Below, piece by piece: positions 40,554 through 53,079 of a stretch of DNA of 64,000 nucleotides (position 1 is its first letter; each line of letters opens with the position of its first letter). Both the position numbers and the translations under genes were made by a program. Source of the stretch: Ramazzottius varieornatus (Eukaryota; Animalia; Tardigrada). Below the pieces are notes generated by a model. It was given only the letters and a program-made list of their open reading frames with translations, was not told where the DNA came from and ran no database searches. The DNA is taken from contig BDGG01000026.1 in assembly GCA_001949185.1 (NCBI GenBank), positions 1 to 64,000 of the forward strand, given 5' to 3'.

Positions 40554-41685
40554 ATGTCCCTGTCGCAACCGGCTCGTTCCTCTAAACCAACAAGTCAGGA
40601 GGCTGAAGTCGTGATAACCGTACCGGTAACTGGAGCAGCAGCCATGCGCCCTTCAAAGTCTCGTGGACCGCAGTTTCGATGGGCTCATACGACCGCTCAG
40701 GACTACCTTCTGCAGTGGATAGAGGAGCCCGGTAACTTGGCTAAGTGGCGTGGTGCCGGGACCAAGTCGGCAAACGGACAGAGGAGGACGTCCAAAGACA
40801 CGAAGATCGCTGTTCTTCAAGCTATCGTTGATTACTTGAAAATAAACGGGACCGGAAACGTGTCGCCAGATTCCGTCAAGTATCAACTCACTGCCCTGGA
40901 AAGCTCTTATAGAGACGCTCGATTCTTGTTTGGAACCACAGGGGAAGGTGTGACGGAGGATGACATCCAGCAGAAGATCGTCACGCTCAAAGGTAAAATT
41001 GAAACCAAGACAATCAACTGCTCTGACCAGGCTTTTCAGTGGCAAAAGCCTGGTCAGGTTAATCAAATAATCAACTGAAGTCAGAAGACATCGTGATCCA
41101 GCTGATTGACAGATTGGTGTTATGCAACACCAATCTGTGAAAAGTGGAATTCCTTCATGCGAACAAAAAATTGTCATTCAAAAAGTCCTGTTTCATCACT
41201 TGTGTTTATCTCAACTGGTCTATTTCTTTTACTCCACAGATAAAGTCGAGCAAGCGTGTCCCTTGTGGAGCCGTCTGCATCCTGTTCTCCGTGACAGTCC
41301 AAAGATGGTTACTCCCTATGCAGCGGACAACACTGACGCTACAAACGATGTAGAACTGTTCCTGTTGGCCAGAGAGATGGACGCAGAAGACGAAGTGGCT
41401 GATTTGAACAGTCCGCCTGCTACCGAAAATGTCAACGATGAACTGCCTAGTACGGAACCAGCTACTTCAATCCACCAAGTGTCGGTAGCCGAACTTCACG
41501 ATATGCCAGTACGGAAGAAATTCGTTCCATTTGTTCTGGATTCCCCTACAACTTCAGAAGACGATTTTAGATCCGGCATGGACTCCAAGCGTAAAAAGAC
41601 CAAGTCGAAAGTACCACTCACGTTGAGCGGAAGTAAGAAGTCATTCCCAACACGAAGGAGGTTTTCTGACCTCCTTCAGCTATAA
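40554..41685 (+). CDS. Harbinger ORF1 (putative Myb/SANT-like DNA-binding accessory protein), 2 exons
   Basis: LLQWIEEPGNLAKWRG..TK..I..YL..G..V..QL..LESSYRDA..TGEG..; intron 40993-41239; CPLWSRLHPV. Confidence 0.7.
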
Positions 41686-42880
41686 AGTTCTCTTTCGTGG
41701 CTCGATGGTGATTTGTTCACCAGATGCAGTTCGTCTTGCGAGCTATCGCCCCACTCTGGATTATAGTAATCGCTGGTCAGGTTATGCAAAACACAGCATG
41801 CACGGATCCAGTAGACTATCTTGCGATGATCTCCAGCCGTGTTCAAAACACCTCTGAGTGCTTTCAAACTCTGGAATCTTCCTTTCACATGCCATTACAG
41901 TGTTCCACCCTGATACGGATCTGTGACAGCCGGAAGTTGAACTTCTCGTTTTCTTTCAGTAGAGCCGCTGGTTTTTTATAGGACGAGATAACAGTTGATG
42001 TGTTGGTGTAGGCGCTATCAGTAAGTATGTACTCTCCTCCTCTGAAAAACTGGGTGGAGAATCGAGCAAGTTTGGTGCTGGCGAACACTCGATTGTCGTG
42101 AGCCGAGCCAAAAAATCCAGCAAACAGGTATCGGGTTCGTCGTTGGTCGTCGCAGAGTGTGAGAGTATTGATACCGTACTTTGACTTGTGGCTGAAGTAA
42201 TCTGATCCTTCCAAATTTGGCTTATTTGCGAAAGGGACTAGTGTCCCATCCACGAAACCTAAGCGATTGGGAAAACCTGACAACTCGAAGATCCGCTTCT
42301 TGATGGTTTTCTTTTCGCTTGCATCAGGCCAGAATACGACCTCTTTTTCCAGGCTTAAAATAGACACAATCACCCGATTAGTATAAAGAACCACAGCTCC
42401 TTCTGACACTCCAAAGTGACGTCCCACTTTCCCCACAGATACTCCGTTACCCGAACAACCAGACCTGTAAAGTGCCATCATTAACTGCAGTTGAACAGGG
42501 CGCTGAGGATTCTGGATGGTACTCCTGAAACCTCGATGTCCAGCCAAGCGATCCGCCAGATCGACAAAAGACTCCGTATACATGCGGACATCTTCTTTGA
42601 ATCGAACATCGTTCAACCTAGAGAGAATGGTGTCTACAAAATGGGAACTCTTGGGAACAAGCGATCTCTTGCGTAGGTAGCGACATCTTCGTAAAAACCG
42701 ACGTCGGGTCTTCAAAATATCCAAATCGCATTCGTCCGAACTAGTGTCGCTCCAATCTGAAGAGGATTCTGTGTCTTCGGATGACGATCCCGATGAACAA
42801 TCCTCTCGTCTCAGACGAAGTAGTTCAATCCTCCGATCTATCTTTTGCAAGAGAACGACTCGTTCGTTGGCTTGAGGCAT
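41676..42880 (-). pseudogene. Harbinger/HARBI1-type transposase with a frameshift near 41885
   Basis: PQRPVQLQLMMALYR.G..GNG; GFPNRLGFVDGT; GSAHDNRVF; YILTDSAY; RIRVEHCNGM / KGRFQSL; ACCVLHNL. Confidence 0.9.
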
Positions 42881-43360
42881 GGTCGATACGATGAGAAATG
42901 GAATACTACAAGTAGTGAGGGCTAAATCGGCAGTAAAAATCGAGCTTTTCGAAAATTTACACCGGTCTCATGTTTGGATCTAAGAGAGGGCGTTCAACGG
43001 CAGATGATTTCGTTGAACTAAAACAGTTTTTAACTGGCTGAAAAAGATCGCGGGGGCGGTGCCACAAACAAGACCGTTGTTATGTCACCGGCGGTGTAAT
43101 CAACGGTTGAACCCCATTAATCTGACATCACGATTTTGACTCTACATATTTCTGAGGATTCCTCTGATACTTGGTTCTTATCCTGTGTTTCAGAGAGTCG
43201 TCTTCGTTGATGGACACTTTAGCCACGTCAACAACTTGCTGTTGGTCCGGTACTGCACAGAACTTTTTGAGGAGACCGGAAAGCAAGTGGAAATTTTCTG
43301 CCTTCCAAGTGGACAGACTAACCATTCACAGCTATTCGACGTGTCTGTCTTCAGGGGGAA

Positions 43361-46300
43361 CTCTCCACGTTCCTGTCGAGGGCCACATAAGTCTAATAGG
43401 TACGTTTTGTACCCCATGGTGCTGTGGTCAGTTGGCTGCCATGTGCAGTGTTTTAGGTGGATTCGTCTCAACCGGATGTCGTGTTCTGAATAGCCGATCA
43501 ACAATCAGCCGAGAGAACTCACGCTGAACGGCAGAACGAAAGGCAATTTTTCGTCTTCCTCCATCAGCTTCCTCCTCTTGCTCAAGCCGTCTACTCTAAT
43601 TTGGGCCATATTGGAACAACTCCGGGGGACAAAGGACGCTTGCCCCCGGATGTCTGTAGGTTGTATCCACCTCGTAAAAGTGGAGATAAACTCGGTATAG
43701 AGCGTTCTTGTTGGCCTGAGTTCTCTTTCAGGATGTCGCGCTGATCCTGACCAGAAAGATGACCACACCAGACCCCAAGATACCATGCCCAGAATGTGGA
43801 GAGCTGTACACATCTCGAGGACAGCCTGTGTAACCAACCAGGAAAGAAACAGAAGGAATAATTCAGCTCCCTCGAGCCAGTCAGTCGATCCTGCTGATCA
43901 GCTGATCGCGACGAAACCGATCCATGAAGTCCTCCAGCACCTGAAAGTCTCAACAAAAGTCATCCGCAGAATACCAAAAGGCACTCATATGCTGGCAGCA
44001 ACGAGTTTAACGGAAAGAATAGAAGATGTACTTCAGAAGAGGTCGGAATCATCCTGGCGTCATTTGATGCTGTTCAGCTTTGCAGGCTTGAAGCAGCCGG
44101 ACAAAGACAAGAGCAAGAAAGGAAACCGTACCACTGCCGTCAAGAGTAACCTCTCAAGACAGCTTGTTAACCTTGAGTTGAATGGGAAGCAGACTGTGAA
44201 GAAACAACCAAAAGATCAGTTGTCGCTGCCCGAAGAAGTGACGGTGGAGGAAATGAGCTGTAAAAAGTTTCCTCAACGGATCTGCTGGTGGCGTTGATGG
44301 TCTGAGACCGCAGCATCTCAAAGACACGCTGTCAGGTGCAGCGAACGGGGCAACGGTGGCGCTAGCAGAAGCATTAGCTAAGCTGACTACGCTGATGCTT
44401 TTAGGCAGAATTCCTGACGCTATTTGCGGTGTGCTCTACGGGGCATCGCTTACAGCCCTCAAGAAGAAAGATGGAGGCCTGCGACCAGTCGCTGTAGGAA
44501 ACACGCTACGTCGCTTGGCAGGCAAGATCGTTGTCAAGAGAGTGGGTCGTGTGTTGGAGGAACAGGTCCGTCCTGAGCAAGTTGGTTGCGGTACCAGAGG
44601 TGGAGCAGAAGCAGCAGTCCATGCGGTTCGCTGCTTCCTTGAGGAGGGAAGAGACGAAAGTCAAGTGCTGCTCAAGCTTGACTTCAAGAACGCCTTCAAC
44701 ACCATACACCGAGACGTTCTTCTCCGTGTTATTAGAGACTCCTCGCCTAAATACTTCCCGTTTGCCTGGCAGTCTTACCGATATCCCTCAAAGCTACTGT
44801 TTGGTCAACATACCCTCGAGTCAGCAAGGGGCGTGCAGCAAGGAGACCCACTGACTTATTGTTTTGCGTTCTCATCCAAAAGCTTACAAGACCCTCACTT
44901 CCCTCCTGAATGTGTGGTACCTTGATGACGGCACCATCGGCGGTAAGATCGAAACTGTTTTGTCAGATTTGCAGGTGGTGATCAGCGAGGGGCGGAAGCT
45001 CGAACTGGAACTGAACTCGGCTAAATGTGAGCTTTTCTCCTTCGGGATTTCTGCTCTGGAACGCCAAGCCGTGCAGGAAAGAGCAGCCGTCGCCTGTCCG
45101 GGTATCCTTTTTCCTTCCAGGAGCGACCTCAACCTTCTAGGAGCACCGCTGGTGGAATAAATTCCGGAAGAAGGACGTCGTCCGAGCTAAAAACAAGCAA
45201 GATCCGGTTGGTAAACGCAAACCTAAATCTCTTGTTTGCCCACCAGGCCCTTTCCCCGCTCAAGAAGTGCTTTTGCCTGTCCAATTTGCTGTACATCCTC
45301 CGATGCTCTCCAGTATGGAAGGTCTCTGCATTGCTTCGCGAGTTCGACGAAGTGGTTCGGTCGAGCCTGTCGGAGATTACCAACACTGAGATGAGTTCCG
45401 GTCCATGGCGACAAGCAACACTGCCTGTCGGTTCAGGTGGATTAGACATCCGTCGTACGGAGGAACTCGCGCTCCCTGCCTTCTTGGCTTTGCTTCATTC
45501 TGTACAATAACTGGTGCTGAGTGTCCTGCCTGAAGCCGATTTGCATGGTGAAGCAAACCTCGCTCTCTCCAAATGAAGCCTCCTCTCCACAGCTGAGCCT
45601 CCTGTTTCCGAGCTTCGCCGCCAACAGAAAGCTTGGGACGTGCCTTTGCTATAAGAAATACACGAGCAGCTAGTAAGTACTGCTTCGGATAATGATAAAG
45701 CGCGACTTCTTGCAGTTTCAGATAAGAACTCAGGCTCCTGGCTTCATGCGCTGCCGTATTCTCGTTGGATAACCTGCTCGACAACAACGCCTTACGGATT
45801 AGTATTGGTTTGCGCCTTGGTGCCAAGCTATGCCGCCCTCACGTTTGTCGATGTGGCGCCAGCGTGGATGAGTTTGGCCAACACGGGTTGAGCTGTAAGT
45901 TCAGTGGGGGGCGTCACAGTCGTCACAAGGCGCTCAACGAGTCCCTGAAACGTGCGTTGACAACAGCCCAAATTCGCGTTGACAACAGCATTTCTCGAAC
46001 CACCCAGGGTCTTCAGAAAGGACAAAAAACGGCCAGATGGGATGACGCAAGTCCCTTCGAAGAATGGTAAGGAGCTTGTATGGGACGTCACAGTTGTGGA
46101 TACACAGGCTTTGACAAACTTTGCAATGTCAACGGTGAAAGCTGGATCAACTGCTGACGCCGCCGAGAAGAGAAAGATCACGAAGTACGAGGACATCGGA
46201 AGCCAATTTGAGTTCTGCCCTGTCGGACTGGAGACCATTGGACCTTGGAGTCCTTCCGCGACAGCGCTCTTCGCAGCTGTAGGAAGAAAGATGGCGGAAG

Positions 46301-46569
46301 TGACGGGCGAGCCGAGGTCATTTCAGTTTTTTAAGCAGCGAGTGTCCATAGATATTCAACGTGGTGATTGTTATTCTGTTCGGACTACTGTTAAAGATAC
46401 GAAGACAGTAGTCTTCGTATTACTGTTCGGACTACTGTTAAAGCCTTGATGAAGTGTTTTATGTTTTGGATGTCAAAAAGGGAAAATCCGTGTAGCGTTT
46501 TTGTTAATATGGTATCGCTGCTTTCTCATTTTTTGAGTATAGATTATTGTCTTCAGATAAAGATCAAAA
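43361..46569 (+). mobile_element. CRE-clade non-LTR retrotransposon (RT + restriction-like endonuclease), decayed
   Basis: Zn-finger remnant CPECG; GGLRPVAVGNTLRRL; LKLDFKNAFN; GVQQGDP; WYLDDG; CRCG..HGLSC..RHSRH; RPDG..WDVT; several frameshifts and stops; imperfect ~16-bp TSD. Confidence 0.9.
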
Positions 46570-48178
46570 TCGGTCTTCGGGGGAATCAAGAAGAAGTAGC
46601 GCGACTACTTACGTAACCGACGTTTGGTGAAAGGAGGACGAGTGAGTAGTGTTACGCACGCACGATGTTGCGATACTCTCATTGCAAACTTTCTGAAGGG
46701 AATCCCTTATTTATCTTACAGGTTACCGAAGCTAATCTTCTCTCTCATGTCGTGAAGTTGTGGTGCCGAACAGAAGAATGTGCCGAGAAGTACGCCTTCA
46801 ACGCTGGTCAGTGTCTCACGTCAGGATTCGCGAAGGTGTGCTTATTTCCGTCCAGCCCTGATGTCATTCGAAAGACTGAAAGCGCACCATGATCCAGAAA
46901 TCGTCAGTCGTGGAATCCACAATGAAATAGAACAGGATTTCGGTTCCCTCTTCGAACTTTTGAAAGCCCAGTGCGGTATCACTACTGAGACAGATCTCGC
47001 TGACGTGAAATAGCTGGTCCTTTTGAAGCAGAAAGGAATCACACCGGGCGCAGTACTGGCAAATGCTCTCCAGAGAGACCTGTTCGGAGAAGCACCGAAA
47101 AAGCAGCGGCGGGAAAAGAACCGACAGCTTCCTTTGGAGGCCGGCGCTCTGACTACTGGCCCTAGCTTTGTGAAAGAGTTGGAAAAGGAGGAAGCTCAGA
47201 AGAAAGCCGAGAAAGTCGCTCCTGCTGCCAAACGAAAGGTATCTCATTTTTAACCCGCCAAAGGCAGTAAAAAAGCGCCGGCCAAGAAACCTAGGAAAGC
47301 TTGATACTTTTGAAGCGGATTCCACCAGTGATTACTCGTCGCTTTTCCTTACGCAGTGTTCACTGTTTGCTTTCTTGTCTGACTATTTACATGTAGACTT
47401 AAAGGCTCACTGACGTCCAGAAAATGTTGAAGCTTCTCGTAAGGAAAGCTATCTCCGTGTGTGCCGAATCCCATATCGCAGAACAGAACGTTAATGCAGA
47501 ACACAACTGTAGCACGGTTATAGTCAGCGGCACACGCTAACCAGCAACCTGGCACGTGCTGTCACCCCATACCGCAGGCTTGCCCAAATTATGGGTCGGA
47601 AATTGCCATACCCGAATTATGCCGTTTATCTCGTACGGTATATCATCGACGTATGACGTACACCATATCGGTCGTACCTGATTGTTAGCGGAACGTAATC
47701 AATCAATAGCTCAATCAGTACGTGTGACGTTCCAGCAGCTCCCCCTTTAGTGGCACTTGTATACTCACGGAGTGGAACTCTCAGTGCCTGCCATCGACCT
47801 CAGGATAGTCGATGGACCGCGGTCGCCGGCCGTTGATGTCTCGGTGAATGATGAGTCACCACCGATCACACTGCAGAGGTGTGAGAGCAAATATTTCCAG
47901 AATTAGCTTTGTTCGCTCCTGTGCTAGACCGTATCCGAATACCGTTCCACGATTAACAATGGTGTGATTGGTCTGATCACGCTCCACTCCACTGAGACTT
48001 CAAATTTCGACCAAAGTGGTCAATAGTTCAATCAACTCAGCTTGCACAGAATTTTAAATTCTGAGCAGCGATATTAGGCCGAACATATGTCGTGGATAAA
48101 AGCACAGCATAAAACCTATGCATATGCTGTGCAAGCCGAAAACATGACCTGCGAAACAGGTCTAATATCAGTATGAAA

Positions 48179-48373
48179 TATAGCTATACGAAATCGTAGC
48201 ACACTATGCCGCCTGCACAGTCTCGCTCTGAGTGGAGAGCACATTTGACGTAACGCACGTGACTTCTATAGTGCGCGCACGCTTTCTTTTCAGTTCTCAC
48301 TGTATGCTCCGCCCCCATTTCAAAAAAAGACTCAAAGACTGGAAGTGTGGGACTACTTTTTCGTATAGCTATA
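48179..48373. mobile_element. Small MITE
   Basis: TATAGCTATACGAAA..GTAG..CACACT inverted at both ends. Confidence 0.55.
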
Positions 48374-49336
48374 GTGTGAAGTCCGGTTTTTAGTTTTCAC
48401 TTTTCAGCATTTGGTTCCAAAGAATCAGGCGTTTCGAGTAATCGGGCAATCTGTGAGAAAAATTTCGACATAGGATACTGTGAATATTCGATGCTATCGC
48501 TGCAACACGTCATCGTACACGTGAAGTACAGCCCCGGGCCGGTTTTACTATCTGGACTACCACTGCGGGGGTGCATCGTCACGTACGTATACGTATTGCG
48601 CGACAGCATCGGTTATTATCGGTATACTGTTTTCCACCCTAATTTGGTCTGCTAGGCTACAGATTACCTGATCCTCCAATGAGTCTGCGAACAGGAAAAA
48701 CTATTTCCCAATCACCATCGTCCTCAAAAGTTCAAGCTTTGGAAGTTTTCCCAGGATGAGAAATAATGTTTCGAGATGGGGAAGCTGAAGATTTTCCTAT
48801 CTACCCGGGAAAGAGGCGCATCGAACAGTGTTGTTTCCACGCTATGCATACCGACGGTGAAAACTCGGTTTCTCAGAAGTTCAGGAAACGCTGAATTTTG
48901 AGGTACCGATCTGCAACGCGCAGAGGGTTGAGGGAAAGGAAAAGCAGTACAGCTCCTAAACGAGATAAGAAACACTGAAAATGTTGAAAGTCCAGCTGGT
49001 GTTCAAGCTACAGACCAGCCGCATCTCCCCCCTTTTGATTGCGCTTCTTCGCTGTGCTCTAAAGAAGATTCTGCCTTCGGGTACTATCATATGCACGAGA
49101 CAACCTTCTCTCACCACTCAAACTAAGCTGTTTCATCTATCAATGGGTGGTACTTTTAGCCTCCTGGCCAACCCATCCAACATTTTCTATGGATTCTTTT
49201 ACGGCTATAGTTCTTAGTTCGCGAGGTGGGTCAACTTGGCCGTTTTAGGAAGTTAAGATCAGTTCTTGATCATCACGCTACGGGGGAAGATCAACTGATA
49301 GGATCTCTGATCCTCAGTTTGTACGATCCTCCACAC

Positions 49337-49853
49337 AGGGTCATGTTTCGATTTTCCGCAGAGATTTTTACGGGCCTAATTATTTTTCAAAGGCCCAATC
49401 AACAACAAATAGTCGTGAGTATGTTCTACACAGTCGTACGCGTCAATCCGTCCCGGGTAGTGNNNNNNNNNNNNNNNNNNNNNNNNNNNNNNNNNNNNNN
49501 NNNNNNNNNNNNGTATGTTCTACACAGTCGTACGCGTCAATCCGTCCCGGGTAGTGAGCACGTGGCAGACCGGCCAATCAACGGTCAGCTGTCAATCAGT
49601 CGAGCATGAATGTGCAGTATCACATGGTTAGCCCAGCGTGTCATTGATTACCTGATTATGTACTCGTGGCGCAAATCTGTTTGACTGGTTGACAGCTGAC
49701 CGTTGATTGGCCGGTCTGCCACGTGCTCACTACCCGGGACGGATTGACGCATACGACTGTGTGGAGGATACTCACGACTATTTGTTGTTGATGGGGCCTT
49801 TGAAAAATAATTAGGCCCGTAGAAATGTCTACGGAAAATCGAAACATGACCCT
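49337..49853. mobile_element. Foldback MITE with long inverted arms, spanning an assembly gap
   Basis: AGGGTCATGTTTCGATTTTCCG... / ...CGGAAAATCGAAACATGACCCT; N-run at 49463-49512. Confidence 0.8.
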
Positions 49854-51835
49854 AGACTGGGGAAGGTGCAAGCACGTGGCTGCTCCGGTGGACCGGTGCG
49901 AGCTTTCTGGTTCTTCTCCTTCGGCAAAAGATCTTATCTTAGTTTTCTAGGCTTTTGCATTGAGACTGCTCATTAGAAGATATTCAGCTGTATTTAGCTC
50001 CCGAAAAAAGTCTGCTGTGTCATCGTATGACAGGTTAATTGAGTGATACATTAGATCTGATAAAATGGTGCCAATTATTGGGCGGTCGCCAGTTCCTCAA
50101 AATGGTGTTGATCTTTTACCGACCAGCATAAGCACGAACGGGTAGATGGCTTCGTGGGTAATTTAAATTGAGAAGTCTTTTGTACTAAGCGGTACTTGAG
50201 TGCAGAAAGACGTTGGCGAAAACAGAGTGAGCGTGAATTGACAACCTTTCTAGATTTTGAAGCAACTTCGAAATTTTTTTATCCAGCTTTCAAAAAGGTT
50301 TTGCCGTGACAACAAGAACAGGAATAAACACAAGATCGATGGGCTACATGAAAAGTGGTGGTAGGTCTTTGTTTTGTAGGTTACGATTTCTACCACGAGG
50401 AGTGGTTTCCGGGCAAGAAGCAACAACAAGCAAGATCGGCTATTTTAATTCATTTGTAAGGTTTGTTTGGCGTTACTGAATCAATGAACTTCCTCGGTTT
50501 ACGGTAAACCCAGAAGCTGTAAGTCTGGTAAAAGGAAACTGAAGATGGGTGCGTACACACGGTGGTTCCAGATAGGGACATTGTTTTTGTTCGAGATGAA
50601 AGTCTTCCTGATCGGAAGTCATACAGATCAATTTTTCCAGCCCACGACACAATGTATGCGAAAAGCTACGATTCAGCTAAAGTAACGGATACATTTGCAC
50701 GAAATGTCAGAGAGAAAGACTGAAACAACAATCTGATTTTTTTCTACGCCAAAGGTCCAGGTAATAGTCACTTGGCGTAAACACCCTGCACATCGCAAAA
50801 TCTAAGCTTCAACTTCATGCAACAAGCAAGATTCGAAGAGTGGACGAATACCGAATTTTCAATGATAGTAAGTTCAAAACGTACTGAAACCTATATCATC
50901 ACCCAACTGTCGTTTCTGCCGGTTTGCGGAAAAACCAGGTGCAGTTACGCATGTTGACCACAGAGGCGGGTCAACTTGGCCGTTTTAGAAAGTTAAGATC
51001 AGCTTTCGATCATCCCGATCATAGATGAAACAGAGCCTAAGTCAATGATGCGGTATTCAGCCCACAGTCTGATTGAATTCTTCAAATAGACAGCTGATCC
51101 AGGACCCAAGCTTTTGTTGGCTGCGAAGTATTATGCGTTTTGCCGCCCCGAGAGACGCGGTATAATGGGCACTTAGCAAGGCGTCAACATGATTCAGTAC
51201 CCTCAAACGGGTAATCTGTGGGTGTATCACCTTACGCTTTCACTCCGATGCAGGATGAAAATCGTTTACTAAACAGATCACTGAAACTTCTAGCGTATCG
51301 AATTACGAGGGCATTCCCATGGGATTTCCTCTTTTACTTGATCTGACGTTGGTTGAATTGGTCCGAGCTAGTACAGTCGCCAGTCTAGTAGTTTCCTCCG
51401 TTTAGACAAGGCAAACCTCTTAACACAACCCGCCCACTAGCAGGTCTGATCCGTTGGCGGACGGCATTAAAATCCTTTCCGTCCTTGATGTGGGATGGTG
51501 CACTGTGAGCACCACATTGTCGCGCCTTCCTCTGGAAGAGTTACCGGTACACCTGCCACCTTCTTCAGCTGGATCATCTTGAGAGGCACGGTTTCTACCC
51601 CCGTCTGTTTAGCATGAGCCTCACCCAGATATGTTTCCGATCGCAGCCAAGACTCACGTGTGCGCTAAATCTACGGTAACAAAAAATGTTCTGGCGTCAG
51701 CCACCGTTCCCGTTTTCAGCGCTATCTTATTACGTGAGCCCAGGTGGCAGCATCGATGAATTGATTGATTGATTTGCCTTGACTTGATATGATTATCGTT
51801 TGTGCAGCCAGGTGGTGGGAGGTTAACGTTCTAAA

Positions 51836-53079
51836 ATGTCTGCCAGAAATGAAAGTTCGTACCCAGGAAGCATGAATAACACTCGCATTGGATGGCCGCA
51901 TCCCTCTCGCATTTTATCTTCCACTTTGACCACTTGGTTTTCCATCATTGTGCTTGTCAGCGTCGTTGGCGCTGTTTTTAGCCTGATCCTACTTTTGGTC
52001 ATGTTGATGCAGCGACCTTTGCTGTCAAAGTCCGTTTTGCTATTGTTTCACCTCGTCCTTCTCGAGTTTGTCATCTGCGCCATTTTGAACCCGATGCAGC
52101 ATGTGGCCTCTTTTCGCAACCTGCGAGGAGATCCGTCTGAAATTGATTGTGGTCACTTTATGGTTGTCTACGTTACATGTGTCTTTACCGGCTACTGGAA
52201 TGCCATCATGTTGGCCATCGTACGTTTTCTGGCGGCAACGTCCAATGTGGCCTACAAACGTGTCACGACACGGTAGGGCTTTAGTGTGGTCGTCAAATAT
52301 TTTGTGATGGAAACTTAAAGGTCACCGATGGCTTTTGAGGATGTTTTGACTGCCTTGTAACCATGCAGTGCTTTTAGATGGGCGACAATGCTGATGATTA
52401 TGGCCTGTTGGGCAATCGGAATAGGCTTCAATGTCGTCCCCCACGCGGTGACTCATGGAGGTTTCTTTGGGCCTGTACGGCCATTTGGAGAGTGCGGCAT
52501 TGTCGCTCGTATGCCCGTCTTCCCTACGGTACAGATAGGCGTCGGTATTTTCGTACCAGTTCTTGGAGCTGCTGTCATCTACGTTGTCCTCTTCCTCTTC
52601 TTGGCGGTGAAAAATGCCCGAGCGCGGAGAAAACAAACGGCCCCTCTGAGAAAGGCTTTAGCTGTAGCTAATGTGGCCGTCAACTCGCAGAAGCGTCCTG
52701 CGATGCGAAGACGAATAACTCAAGCTCAGCGTCGGGCTATTCTGAGTCGAGTACTCTTCGTATCAGCGCTGTGGCATGCCATCTGTTTCCTGCCGGTTCG
52801 TGTTTGGGTGGTGGCTGCTCCCGGGGCTTTCTTCACCAATCTGCCCCTACAGCTTTGGCTACGCGTGCTAACCTTGCTGGGTTATTCCTTCAATCCGGTA
52901 CGGTTCCACCACGGCCTCTTGTTTCGCTTCCAAGTAACCAATTATGAAAATCGTAGGTGTTGTTTCTGGCTTTGAACCACGACTACCGTGAGGGTGCTAT
53001 GCAGCTCTTGACTGGGCGGTGCAAGTATCGCCTACCTTTCGAAGTTTCGGGATCGAAAGTAACAGCTGGTATAACGTAG
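51836..53079 (+). CDS. Orphan rhodopsin-class (class A) GPCR, 3 exons
   Basis: N-glycosylation sequons; 7 hydrophobic segments; Cys before TM3 and in ECL2 (PFGEC); LAIVRF in the DRY position; ICFLP; YSFNP|VLFLALNHDYR. Introns near 52273-52378 and 52898-52956. Confidence 0.85.

Larger units (their letters stand above)
40279..43116. mobile_element. PIF/Harbinger transposon inserted in the pogo transposase intron
   Basis: TIR GGGGTTCAAC.GTTGATTACACCGC at both ends; TAA/TTA flanks; two convergent ORFs. Confidence 0.9.
38916..47638 (+). mobile_element. pogo-like (Tc1/mariner superfamily) transposon, decayed, interrupted by two nested elements
   Basis: ~57-bp TIR (C)CGTACGAG.TAAACGGCATAATTCGGG.ATG.CAATTTCCGACCCATAATT.GGGCA with TA flanks. 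Transposase pieces: ~39367-40209 (VIARKGAK, KENVTILPC, SGYMD), 43194-43360 (VFVDGHFSH..CLPS..QLFD) and 46570-47250 (SVFGGIKKK, SGFAK..LFP). Confidence 0.88.

Noticed and set aside
51440-51600. Minus-strand TMWCSQC segment resembling a piggyBac Cys-rich tail
   Set aside because: Too short and degenerate; no TTAA/TIR pair or catalytic motifs found.
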